Below, in pieces: positions 13,134 through 26,432 of a stretch of DNA of 64,000 nt; position 1 is the first letter of the stretch; every line of letters begins with the position of its first letter. Made by a program: the position numbers and the translations under genes. The DNA is taken from the NCBI GenBank assembly GCA_010093605.1, contig MU004188.1:685673-749672 (forward strand), given 5' to 3'. Origin of the DNA: Lophium mytilinum (Eukaryota). Below the pieces are notes generated by a model. It was not told the DNA's origin. It worked only from the letters and a program-made list of their open reading frames with translations, and did not search any database.

Positions 13134-13511
13134 GGGGTATGGTGGCACGTTATGGGAAGTGCTTTGGAGCATTGTGCCATGTAGCTGTCGAGACACATAC
13201 ACGGGGGGAAGACTGCTGAAGAGGCTTTAGAGAGCTCGGAGGGCAAGGGGCTCGCTCTTTTTGAAGCGAGAAGCTTGCGGTGAAAAGGAAAGGTCACCAG
13301 CGAAAGTCAGGACGAGTCACATGGATTCTTTAAGAGATACCCAGTTTGAACTGGCAGGCGAGAAACTATTCTTCGAGGCACAGACAATTTAGTGTGGGTC
13401 AATTGGTATCATTGCTGTCTAATCCTAGGAACGGTGTAATCGTCTACAACAGGACAGCTGTAGAGAAGAATGTCGTAAGTGCGCTTGTGTATAGTTACAA
13501 GGAAAAACCAC

Positions 13512-14743
13512 CTAGGATGGGGGAGCACCTCGCCCAGCACCGCCAGCGCCACCCATGAAGTTCCTCGCCCTGAGTCCACGATTAGCGCCAAAGCTCCTCT
13601 GTGAAGAAGGAATAGTACTCACATCTCCGCAATGTTCGGGTCGTTCATCATGCTCGCCAGATCTGGCATCCCTCCACCCCCTCCAGGAGCGCCACCAGGG
13701 GCGCCACCAGCAGCTGGAGCACCTCCGCCACCCCGTCCCATACCACCCAGCATACTCTGCAGCTGGGGGTTCTGCATCAACCCACTCAGCATCTCCGGAT
13801 TCTGCATAACCCGATCCGCCATCTGCCTGATCATGGGGTTGTTCATCATCTGGCTGAAGTCGGGCATGCCTCCACCTCCTCCACCTCCAGCACCGCCCAG
13901 CATGCTCGCCAGACCCGATAGATCTGGCATACCTCCACCACCACCCCCTGGCATACCCCTACCAGCCTCCTCCACATCCGGCGCTCCCACGTCTCCAGCC
14001 TCCTCTTCATACCGCCTCTTCGCAGTCTCATACCCCCTTCTCATCACATCACTCCCCCCACCCTCAGCATCCATCCCCTGCTTATACGCCTCCATACTCC
14101 CCTTCGCATCTCCGAGGGCAAACCTCGCCAGCCCGAGCCGACTCCACGCCTTCGTATACTTCGGATCCGCCGCCGTCGCCATCTCCGCATCCTGCCTCGC
14201 CTCCTCATGCTTCAACAACCCAGAGTACGCCGCGGCCCTATTACTCAAATAGATCGGATTCAACGGCACCATCTCCAGCGCCTTCGTGTACCAATCCACC
14301 GCCGCCGCATAGTCCTTCTTCTGCATCGCGGCATTCCCCTGCGCCTTCAGCTTCTCCGCCGCCTCCTTGCCGCCCGCCGCGGGCACCGACGTCGCGGGGG
14401 TCGCGGGGCGCGCTTCCGCCGCCGAGCTCGCACCTTGGGTGGAGGGGGTGCTCTTGCCCTTCAGCTTCTCGTAGACAGAGTAGACGGCGAGCAGGTTCTG
14501 GCCGCCGACGGCGTCGTTCATGGCGGCGCTGTCGGCGGGGTCGACCTTGAACGCTTCGGCGATGCAGTTGGAGGCGATTTCGAGGGACTCGGACTCGTCG
14601 GCGGATACGCTGCCGTCTTTGACCGAGGTGGAGAGGAAGTCGATGATGGCGAGCGCGAGGCGCTTTTTGGAGGTCGAGGTTGCCTGGGGGTTTGTTTGTT
14701 AGTCGAGTTCTGCGGTCTTGGAGGTGGGGGGCTTGTGAACCAT
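13512..14743 (-). CDS. SGT2: Small glutamine-rich TPR co-chaperone Sgt2
   Basis: KKRLALAIIDFL..ESLEIASNCIAEAF dimerisation domain, TPRs (AEKLKAQGNAAM, IYLSNRAAAY, YTKAWSRLG), Met/Gly-rich C-terminus; ATG-only first exon. Confidence 0.95.
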
Positions 14744-15307
14744 TTTGGCAGGTTGAGTGGGTGTTGGAAGGGTTTCGGAGGTGTGGCCAGGCGGGGTAGG
14801 GGGAGCTTGGGGATTTTTGAGTATGCTGGAGCTTGGTGGTTGCTCGAAGTCGTTGTGGGAGGGAGGTAAAGAAGCCAGTTGGGAGGAGGTGTGGAAGATT
14901 CCATGACGGACGTTGCTTCTATCAATTTTAAGCGCTTAGCCCCGCAGAATAGGCGCGGGGTCAAATGTGAACAGGGATTCCTTTGTAGACCCCCCTCGTT
15001 CAAGATATGGAGGGAGAAGCATACCAGCATTGAACTATAGGTCTAGCATATAGTATCTAACAGAGGATTGGGCGAGGAAATTGCTCTCCCTCAGTATCGA
15101 CGATCTCACAAAGAATACTCGGGCATCCACGCAAGAGCAGATATAAAAGTAATCCGAGATCAAGATTTTTGGTATAAAGCTCTCAAGAAACGTATATAAC
15201 CATGTATCCTAAGCAAATGCAATTCAAACTCCCTCCGGATGCATATGCCCATCCAATGTCCACGTGCTAGACTCTGAGCTCTCTTCATTCATGTAGCCAC
15301 CAGCCAT

Positions 15308-16886
15308 CTACTCATCATCGTCGTCGTCGTCAATCACCCTCCTGCGCTTCGTACGAGCCACATTGGCTGCAACCTCCTCCTCGTCTCCTGCATCGTTAGC
15401 AGCAGCCCTATTTCGCTTCGGGCTGTCTGCCTCCTTCCTCCTTGGCCGCTCTTCCGGCTCGTCAAGCTCTTCCTCCTCCTCGGACGCCTCGCCCATGTCC
15501 TCTTCGTCGCTAGCAGCGATAAAGTCATCCTCCTCGTCGTACTCGTCTTCGCGATTATGCCTCCGTCCTCCGTAGTCCTCATCGTCGCTCCAATCTCTCC
15601 GAAGACCAGTTTTAGGTCTTGGCTTCTTCGCTCCACCCTGTGCACGACCACCGCCCTCTAGATCTTTAGCACTTAGCTCACCAGCCGTGCGCAAGCCACG
15701 CGCGCCCAGCGTGCGGTTCGCACGGTCTCGCTCCCGCTCTTGCGCCTTCTCGCGCGATCGTGCCTGCTTCGCCTTCTCTTTAGCTGCCGCCTGTGCTTTT
15801 AGGATCTCCGCTTCCGGATCGATGTCGATGTCCATAACATTGAGCCCACCCATCTCTGTGTGCGGATTCCGCTTCTTTGCGGCTTCGGCTAGGGCATTTT
15901 GGAGCTGCTCGACGGCCTCGTCGTTGGTATCGGCGACTGGGTTGACACCAAGGCTGGCAGTGAATTTGTTGGTGACGAGGAGGACTTCGTTATTAGCGGC
16001 GGCAAGATAGGTAAAGGCATCGTGCGCGGCGTCGTAGTGGGGGACAGGCCGACCGGGTTTTGTGCGCTGGCTGGTGGGAGTGGGCTTCTTGGGATTGTAT
16101 TGGGGATGGGCGAGCGCGTTGCCTTCGATATCGTATTGATTGACAGCGTCAGAGGCGAATTGTAGCGTCAATGAGCCGTCAGACCAGCGGAGGATTCGAG
16201 CATTGGACTGCAGCTCGGAGGGCTTGGAGGGCGATCGTCGCCAGCGGAGGGTGGTGAGAGCTGTGTTGTAGGCGGAGAAGGTCTGCGAGGCCGGGCCCTT
16301 GGAGTGGTGATCGGTGGTAGGCGGCTGGAAGGTCTTGTGGTGCCATGCTGTGGGCTCGATGCCGAAGAACTTGGGGACTCTGAGGAGATAGACCTGCGGT
16401 GGATTAGTACCCTAGAATGATATTAAGAGGCTGGAATTACTGACCTCGTTGTCGCTCGGTTCAGGGATAGGATGCCTGTAGATCTCTGTCTCCATGACCT
16501 TCAGCGCCTCCTCCTCGGGTGTTGCTTCAGCGCGTTGCGCGACGCGGTCTGTCCGGCCATCGTCGTCGCCCGAGTCTAAGTCCTCATCGTCCAGCTTGCG
16601 CTCTGGCCTGTGAATTATCAGCGTGATCCTTGGTACAGCGCACTGGATCCACGTACGGCGACTGCGCGTCATTGTCTCCATCCCCGAAAAGGTCGTCGTC
16701 GTCGATCTGCTCGTCGTCGTCGAGTCCCTCGTCCTCGACAGTCCGCCTCGGCCGCACCTCGTCGTCGTCATCCTCGCCATCGCTGGCCATGGGTCCAACA
16801 TGGCCGGTGATTTCGCGATCCGAGTCGAGGTTGTCGGGCAGCGTAGGGACGCCGGACGCAGCTTCGACTGCTGCGGCGGAGGCCAT
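15308..16886 (-). CDS. LEO1: Paf1 complex subunit Leo1
   Basis: Acidic N-terminus, LQSNARILRWSDGSLTLQ motif, acidic/basic C-terminus; 2 introns. Confidence 0.92.
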
Positions 16887-17254
16887 CTCGAAAAACTGAG
16901 CGCGTTTGCGATTGCGGGTGCTGGAGGTTTGACGGAGCTGAAGGTGGATGGTTTTGAGAGCGGCGCTGAAAGGTGGAGAGGTGTAAAGAGGTGAATCGGA
17001 GAGGAGAGAAGCGGAGGGAGATGTATAGTGCAGCTGGTGAAGTTGAATAGAATACCAGAACAATAGCTCAATGGGCTTGGCGGCTTCCCAACGCGGGCTA
17101 GCGGGTTAAAGTTGGCAGGGCCTCCCTCAGCCCCTTCTATTCAACGTCGTCCCTCACCACTCTGATATCGCCGGGGAAGACACCTTCAGGATCCCCATTC
17201 CCCTTGCAATTGTGCTGTCTCTTGCTGTCTCGGTAGCCCAGGCCTCTGCGGACC

Positions 17255-18729
17255 ATGGCGTCCTTCTTCTCCAGCATGTAAGTCGCTTCCTTGGCATAGG
17301 CGAGCTGTCGATGGTGTCCCAGGGTCATGCGTGCCTCTCCCCTCGCAGTCCGTCACCGTTTCAAGGGTCGGGTGAATGCCGCTCAGCGCGTTGCACCCTT
17401 TTCCTGTTCATTGAGCCCCGTTCCCGCCGTCCCAAACTCTTTTTCCCGCAAACAGTCCCAGTCCCAGTCCTCACGTAATTTCTACCAGGCGCCAAGGCAT
17501 CACCGGCGGCCGCAACAAGAACAACACCACAGGCCAGAACAAGGGCAGCGGCCAGTCGTCGCACGCGTCCTCCACGTACCAGCCTTCACCCACGTCGTCC
17601 CAGCCGCCGTCAATTCCCGCGATCCCTCATTCGCCCGCCCCACCCACCCAGATGTCGCTCGAGAGCCAGCAGCAGCAGGCCGCCGATGCGGCCCAGCAGT
17701 CGACCCGCAAGCCACCTTTCTTCTTCCGCGAGGAGTATGCCGGCCTCATTGTGCGCGGCAACTTCATGACGCTGGCTGCCAAGCCGGAACTCGTCGAGAC
17801 GGGCGAGTGGCTTGCTCACCAAGGTTCGTCTTCCCAAACTTATGTTTCCTAATTGCGGGGTTGTATTGACATTATGCAGTGGTCGAGCAGTACCGGCTGC
17901 TCGAGCAGATGATTGACATAATCAAGGTGATTGACGAGAAGACTGGCGCCCCCGTCTGCAACCCTAACGTCTGCCCTACCATGTCTGCTTCCGGGTTCGT
18001 GCACCAATCTCATTCTCGTTCTAATTCTATACCAAGCAGAGACTGGAAGACTTTCAAGAATACCGCAAAATCTATCCCAGCAACCCATCTCAGAAAGAGC
18101 TCGAGCGCAACATCCAGACCTGGCTAACTCTACCCACCAGCCATACATACACGTGGCTGGACAACAACAAGAAACCCATCAAGATCCCCGCCATCCAGTA
18201 CATCAACCTCGTTCAGAAGTGGATCGTCGGCAAGATCAACGACTCCTCCATCTTCCCCACTGACACTACTTCGCCCACCTTCGCTGCCGCCACCTATGCT
18301 TCCGGCTCTCTAACCCCAATGTCGGCCCCGCAACCCCTCGGCCCGACCAACCTCAACGCCTCTCTCAGCACCCTCGCCGGCCGCGACTGGCTCGGCAAGT
18401 CCTCTGGCTTCCCCGAGAGCATCGAGTCGGACATCAAGAGCATCTACCGCCAGATGATGCGCTGCTACGCCCACCTGTACCACGGCCACTGGCTGGACCC
18501 CTTCTGGAATGTCAACGCGTACAAGGAGCTGAACACGTGCTTCATCCATTTCGTGAATGTCGGCAAGCTGTTTGAGCTCATCGGCGACAAGGAGACGGAG
18601 CCCATGCAGCCGCTGATCGACCTCTGGCTCGCCAAGGGCTTGCTACCGCCGGCGCAGGGGCAGGCCCCGCCAGCCGCAAAGCAGGAGAACGTCGCGCCCT
18701 CGCAGAGCGCACCAGGTACCGCTGCGTGA
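17255..18729 (+). CDS. MOB2: Mob1/phocein family kinase activator (Mob2-like)
   Basis: IVRGNFMTLAAKP..GEWLAHQ, CPTMSA, HTYTW, IYRQMMRCYAHLY and ELNTCFIHF motifs; first exon MASFFSS at 17255 splices in frame via intron 17278-17488. Confidence 0.9.
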
Positions 18730-19896
18730 TTTCAGTATCAGAGAGTGGATAAGTTGCGTTGTTAGCGAGCGAGCGAGTGCGCGAGATGCAGCAAGTTGGC
18801 ATGGCAGTGAAGCGGTTACTTGGTGCTTGGAAGCATACGAACACGAGAACGGTGTTTATTCGGTGGGTTCCCATTTCATCTTGCCCCCTTGCATATATTC
18901 CCTTCCATTTCAGGCGTTTTTTTTCAATACGAGATATACGATTGATGGGAGGTTGGAACGGTCGGACGGACTACGAGTTGGCCTCCTGTGGCTCTGGTAG
19001 AAACAGATATATGGCCCGTCGAGATTCGGAAATTGAAAGCGTCTGTGGCGCGAGGTCTGTCTGCGTCTGTTGTTTGGTGTCTGATAGTCTGCTTTGCGTT
19101 GTGCTTGAACTCGTTGGTTGGTGAGGTCGGCTTTTAGTTGCTTGGCGTGAGGTTGCCGTGCTGACTGACGGCACCGATTGCCTATTTCGCTTGCAATCTG
19201 AGAAACGCTCCAGCCTAAACAAAATGCTTATCACGCGTGGCCGTGTTTGCGGCTGCTTTATTGCTTCGGATGTCGCTTTGGTGGTTTTCTCGTGAGGTCG
19301 ATAATATTGCTTATGCTGCTTGGGTAGTCGCTCTGGTGGTCCCATCAAGCGCGCACAGTAGTCCTGGCACGTTAAATACTCGCAAAGGTATATCTCAGTC
19401 ATATTTTGCGATGGAAGAACATGATGAAAAAGTGAGCGCAACTCCCATTCTACGAATAAACAATTAATCAGAGTGATCGATCGAATCCCGACTTTCATTT
19501 TCACATGTGGCACTTGACGGAATCGGGGTGGACGTAATACTAGAAGAGAGCTGATTTAAGCAAAGGGGGCCCGCAAGCAAAAGACAAGTAGTAGTAGTAG
19601 TAGTAGCAAGAGAAAACTGTTCCCGAGGCAACCGCACCCAACAAATATTCCATGAACTTTGTTCAGCAAAAGCTAACTCCGAAAGAGGAACAGGTTTCTC
19701 CCGCCGTTTCCGCAAGTATTGAGTTTAAGAGAGCACAACCAACGGGCAAAACACACGGGGGAGTGGTTGAGAATGGTGGGTGGTGGGAGAAAGAAGTATG
19801 GGGTTGGGATTTGGGGGGTTTGAGATTTAGTTCCGGTGGCCGATTGTAATCTTGACGTGAGGACGTGATGGGAGGTCAGAGACGCTACGTGAACGT

Positions 19897-20663
<767 letters not shown>

Positions 20664-21746
20664 TTATTGAGTGTGGAGAAGACGGGGTGGGCGAAACGCG
20701 GAGGCGGTGAGATGAGGCTCTGGAACCTGTGGCAGTGGCCAGATGTCAGTTGTGAATAGTGACAAGGCGCAAGAAGTAGATATGTGTATTGGCAGGGCGG
20801 TTCCCGACGGCAGAAGGGCGCTGCTGGTAGACAGCTGATGTCGTGCTCGAGAGACTCGAGGTGGAGATGGAGGGCCGACCAGCGGGCGCCCAGCCGGAGA
20901 TAGACGGACGGACAAAGGCAGGGGGGTTGATGGGCGGGACTCACAGATGGTGTTGCAGAGCGCAAAGGGAGGATCGAGGATGGTTTTGGGGGGAAGTCGA
21001 TGTTGCTCTAATTGAGGGCCGTCTCTTGGGGTGAGGAAATGTTGTCGAAACAAGCGAGAGCTGGGGCGGCGACAAGCGCTGAGCAAGACCAGCGCCAAGA
21101 CCTCAACCTTTGGCGGCGACAGTGTCTCCTGTGTGGCGGCGCGTGACTAGGGGCGAGAGGCAGTACTTCAGTAAGGGGACGAGAGGTGAGCTGGGGGCAC
21201 GAGAGGAGCGTCCAAGGTGTGTGATTCTCTCCTGACGGCCGAATGCGACTCCTCTTTAAACCCCCGATTGCCACCTGCAGCGAGGGGACACGTTTTCTTT
21301 TCTTCAGAACCCCATCACATACAGGCAGCAACAATGCATTGTCCCGTCAATTCACAGAAGTCGGCTGAGACACTACTGTCTATACGCCTCTGACTCTCTT
21401 CAGCGCTGACGAAATAGTAAATTGAAGTTGTGCCCAGTTAAGACTCTAACTCATCCAGCACACATCCATTGAGCACCAAAATCAAAATAAAAACGAGCAA
21501 TCAATCAAAAACGGCGTTCGCGGAAGAATTCGTGGATATTTCGATGTCTACAAATGCGTCGGTGTTGATTCCGATATCTGCTATCGTATCAAGTCCCGTC
21601 AGCGGCCGGGCCCATACGTATCGCTAACAAATGCTGAAAACACCCGAAAGCCCGAAATATCGAAATCTCAGGCAATTTAGGACTCTGATTGAGCCAGACT
21701 GATGATCTGTCCTCTCAAACGACGCTGCCTGGCCTCCAATAGCAGC

Positions 21747-23729
21747 TCACAACTGTTTCCTTCTCCTGTGAACGAGGAAACTCTTGGACATGTCAAAGAA
21801 AATCCGAGTCAGCGGTCGATATACCAGCTTTCCCTCTGTTGTCCCACTCGCAAAGCTGAATATCACGAGGGCGACCGCCGAGAGGCCAAAAATGACAGCA
21901 AACGACACCCAATAGCTTTTCAGTGTAAAGACAACACCCTCAAGCTGCGTTGAGAAGTACGCAGTCATCAGGCTGATTGGGATGAACAGGATGGTGACTT
22001 TGCCTAGAAGTAGGGTAATTCTAGTGAGTCGCTCGACGGCATAGGATTCTTTGATGGCAATGAGATTGAAGTTCTGATGTGAAGGGTCAGTCATCAATCT
22101 CCGACTCTGTGAGCTAAAGACGAAGCATACCATCATGACCAAAGAGTCCTTCTGGTCCAAGCATTCACGTATCTCGCTCAGAGCGTACAGTTTGATTCGG
22201 TCTCTCAGCCTCTCGAATCTCACTCTCGCAGCCGAGCTCAACGATACACCTAGTAAACTATCGGCTTCAGCGATCTGATTGGCGGACGAGAAGTGTGGCA
22301 TTGATGAAGCAAGAGAGTCAGGGCCCGTTACTATATGCGAGTTCTTCAGTGACGCAAGAGTTGGCTCCTGTTGTTTGAGAACTCGCTCGATAATCAGCTC
22401 GTAGCTTTCATAAACTCGCTTGAGAACTGCGAGCTGCCTTCCGATATGGTGCAGCCGATCGACGTGGCTCAGTTCCGCCTTCACCAGCATATCCTGACGC
22501 TGCCATACGTGTTAGGGCCTCATAGTCCCGACAGATGGCAGACTCACAAGCTTATCAAGCTCAGCAGCGTATTGGTGCTCTTTCCGAGCCACTAGACTGT
22601 ATGTTGTATACCAGTCCTCGAAGAGATAGTAGAACAGCAGCCCGGGGGAGTCAGTTGGCCTATGAGCAGTTTCTTCTTCGCTATCGCCGATGCGCTTTCT
22701 TATTGGTAATGTGATGATGGAGCTATCCCGAGAGGCGCATTCAGCTTTCGACAATTGTCTGAAGACGTTCACGAGGTTGCGACGGATGGAAAAATGCGTC
22801 CTCAGCTCGTGCGCTCGAAGATTACCATTACTGAACGGGAAAGGGTCTTCGGCTATCGAAAGAACTGTCTCTTCAAGAGTAATGCTGTAAGCTCTTGGCC
22901 TATTTCTGAAGCAACATACCAGACTTACTATCCTCGCATAAGACCAACCAATTCCAAACTCTTTTCCCATGAGGAATGTCACGGCTCCTATCCGGGTCTT
23001 CAACTTTATCAGTAGGATTCGCGCGAACATTGTGGAGAGAGTTGTATCCTAAGCACACGTCTGAAAGGGATCAGTAATAGTAAAAGCCTCACGAGAACAG
23101 AGTGAGATCTTACATCGTCTTCCCCAATCGACAGACGACCAGTGCCAAACCTCATCCACAATGTTGTAGTGGCTCATATCGCGGACCAGATCCATCTGGG
23201 TCGACTGCATCATCTCCGACATTCCGATGCTTTCTTCCGACTCCAGCGACTCCTGCTTCGACGACTTCTGTGATCCTCCGCGGCGATGCGACTTGCGAGA
23301 CCATAGACTCGAGGAGCTCTTTCGAGAGCTTAGCGGCTTTGACTTTGGTTGAATCGGATCTGAGCACATCAAAGCTAGCAGACGCGGGGAAAAATCGTAG
23401 TGCTTGCCTAGAGCATGAAGTACGTCCTTCTGCTCGTATGGCAGCCATATGTTGATCCATCTCGTATTGAGAGCAGGGGGGCGAGGTGCGTTCAGAAGTC
23501 TGGTAATCGACAAGGCTTCTAGGTCAAACCCACACCATGCTTCCTGGTCGCCGAAATCGACGAGGAAGTTCCTGCTATGCGGGTTTCGAACTTCGCGGTC
23601 GAACTGATCGAAGTTCCCGTCTTCGTCGAAGTTGCGGATGCCTCGCACTATGTCTTTGTCATCCAGATCGAGGTAATATTCTGGCAGCGGAGGTTCCTCC
23701 GATAACGGCGGGAAGCGAGTTCCAACCAT
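21747..23729 (-). CDS. CorA-like membrane protein (fungal family with two C-terminal TM helices)
   Basis: Three collinear ORFs with introns; RWINIW, HYDFSPRLL and C-terminal LTRITLLLGKVTILFIPISLMTAYFS plus a second TM. Confidence 0.78.
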
Positions 23730-24782
23730 GATCGTAGTGGAAGAGTTGAGGATAGTGCAAAGCCATCAGTGTCGTCAAAGAGTGCGATGACGTTGCTTGG
23801 TATATGGGTTTCTTGCGTCTCGTGGTCACTTCCTCGGTGACTTGTGATGCGTACCTCGTGCAACTATTTTGTTGAACATGATGCCTCAGCCTCGCACCAG
23901 GCTGCAGGACCGTGGCGCATGTCAGGTACCCGTCTGATCTTAGTCGCACTGCCATAGGGCATCATCCCGGGGGCTAGAAAACGTAAGGCAACTTTGACCC
24001 AGGTGGTTTGATATTAATTCGGCGCCTAAAGTCGTTGTTCCCTGTTGTCGAGGTACAGATGGTTGGGAGGCAGCTGACACCAATTGTCTCTCGCTTGCGA
24101 ACGCTGCGATCAGTTACTAGCCTCGATGACTTTTCCTTTTTCCCCAAAAGTCCTATCTACAGACTTCTTCAGCTCTCGACAACAATACATCTAGTGGCAA
24201 CTGTCTATGCTCGGCGAAGTGCCATAAAATGGGCCTCGTCGAAGACAAGCAAGTTTCAGCCGCAAGACCTATGCCTATAAGTAAAGCAATAAGCCTCAAT
24301 ACAATTCGAAATAGACTCCCCGGGTACAGCGATAAAATGTTCTCAGCGAATTACAAACTACCGTTTTGATCGTCCCTAGTCTTGCTTGGCAGTCATTCGG
24401 GAATCAGGGGAGGGCCACCCATTGCAGACCCAAGCCGCTCCGGCTGGGGGCGAAGACATACATATACGACCCAGAGGCTTGACCCATGGATGGAAATGAA
24501 TGCCTAGAGCCATGCTTTCTGCGATGGCGCGCGCAAAGGAGATGGGTTTGACCCCTCGAGGTCGGTTAAAACTCTACTCACCAGAGGTGGCAGGGATAAC
24601 AGCCATTCCAAATCAGACTCTTGAGATACTAATAAAGGGGAGAGTGCCCATCGCTACTCTTTTGCTGTGCCTTTTTGCTCCATCATAATCTCAGAGAGCT
24701 ATTCATTCGTTCATAGGTCTCTAGCATACACTCGTTTACCATCTTGCACTCAATCACTTTCTACTTCCTGTCTATCAATACC

Positions 24783-25642
24783 ATGCCTTCTCAACGCCCC
24801 CTTCCATCATGGAGCCTCCTGGCCCTCGCCCTTCTCTTCTTCTCGTCAAGTTATGCCCAGAAAACCAAGCTCTGGATCAACCAAGTCCCCGCCTACTCCA
24901 ACCTACCGGTATGCGCTGAAGTCCCCGTCAGCACCTCTCTGGAGGTTCGATCCGAACGATACCGATAATCTTATAGTCCGCGGTCGTGAATATGCCAACA
25001 TCGTTTCTTGTATCAGTTTAAAAGCCACGTCCGATAATTATCTTGACAGCGAAGCAGCTCTACATCAAGAAAACTCCGCAGTATGGTAGCTCTTACAGAG
25101 CTCGCGTCTTCTCTCGTGAGCTCGTGATAAGATTTATGGACATGATGGACGAGGACTTGAAACAGCCTGTCAGTACGCGTGGTTTTTCACGGTCAAATGT
25201 AAAAATAATGGCCTGGCTAGCTGTATTACACAGATGTTTGGGCCGGACGACTCCTTCGGAATTACTTTCGCGCCTCAAGCAACCCCATGCTTTTTTGTTA
25301 CCGGCGAACGTTGCAGTTTATTTAAAGTTGTCTAGTATATGGCTTCGCAACAATAAGATTCTGCAAACTCAAATCACTATATGCAATATCTTGGCTGCGA
25401 AGAAACGAAGCTATTTTCTATATAGAAAAGATGAGAGAGGCCCAGCGACGCAACCCAACAAAGGCTCCGGCATTTGTAATACGGATGTGCATGTTGGCGA
25501 CAAGATGGTATTCATTTCCGGTGTTCGTGACTGTTTCAAACTTGGTGGCGACTACGATTCGATGCAATTGATCAGCCCAACTGAGATGGTGCAAGAGCTG
25601 GAAGACAGCGATCTGCATTGGCAGGGTCCATGCACCGGTTAA
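24783..25642 (+). pseudogene. Chimeric relic: signal-peptide N-terminus of a secreted protein joined to HET-domain-protein-like C-terminal fragments
   Basis: MPSQRPLPSWSLLALALLFFSSSYAQ..PAYSNLPVCA ends abruptly near 24935; frameshifted LIVRG and GICNTDVHVGDKMVFISG segments follow. Confidence 0.45.
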
Positions 25643-26225
25643 TGATTTTTATATCTGCCGACTATCTGCCTAGAATTCTACCCTGGCTGGAAGATGTGGA
25701 AACCCCATTCCCAGGGGACTGGCAAGGAGAGGAGGAGGATGTGGAGTATACGTTGCGATGATATCCGTTTCCATTGCGAAATTAAAGTCTCATCGCATGT
25801 ATTTGACAGAAAAGATGCAAAGAAAGAAGACTTCAGGAAGTCGTCGAGGCTTCTGGATGTTCTAGCATGCTCATATCAAGATTTGATGTCCCCCTTCGTC
25901 GTCCGCAACGCCACCCTGATGCTACAAAACCCGCATCATACTACGGCAGCAGACTAAAGAGCCCACTAGGGAACACCCGTCGGCGTCTCCTCTCCGCTCC
26001 ATCCGTCTCCGTCGATGTTCGCATACGCTTAGTAGGAACGTATCGTATCCGACTTTCCTAGAATGAAAGAACACTCTGAATACCGTGTGATCAACCAAAG
26101 TCCACGCTTTGACAACCACCAGGATTATTCGCTAGCAGTAAACTCTGCCCATCGCCCTCAACCTCATCACCAACCCAGACGCTCTCCTCCGTCGCCCCCT
26201 CAACACCCACCTCACAACCCCACCC

Positions 26226-26432
26226 TCACCGCAATGCAGCCCTGCAAAACGGGCACGTCTCTGCTGTCTTCAGCCACCGCTCCAAGCAGCGCAGCCCGAT
26301 GCGATGGCCGCATCGCTGCAACTTCACCGCCGTTTCGATCTCGGGGTTGCTGCTGGCTATGTCTGCGGGCGAGGATGCGAAGGGGAGGGTGCAGATTGGG
26401 CATGCTTGGGAGTCCGCGGGGGTCTTGTCCAT
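26226..26432 (-). CDS. Small RING-finger protein (68 aa)
   Basis: CPIC...CGHRIGLRCLERWL...CPFCR RING signature. Confidence 0.7.
   Translation of the reverse strand: MDKTPADSQACPICTLPFASSPADIASSNPEIETAVKLQRCGHRIGLRCLERWLKTAETCPFCRAALR

Noticed and set aside
19588..19605. (GTA)n microsatellite
   Set aside because: Ordinary short tandem repeat in the ARF1 3' region.
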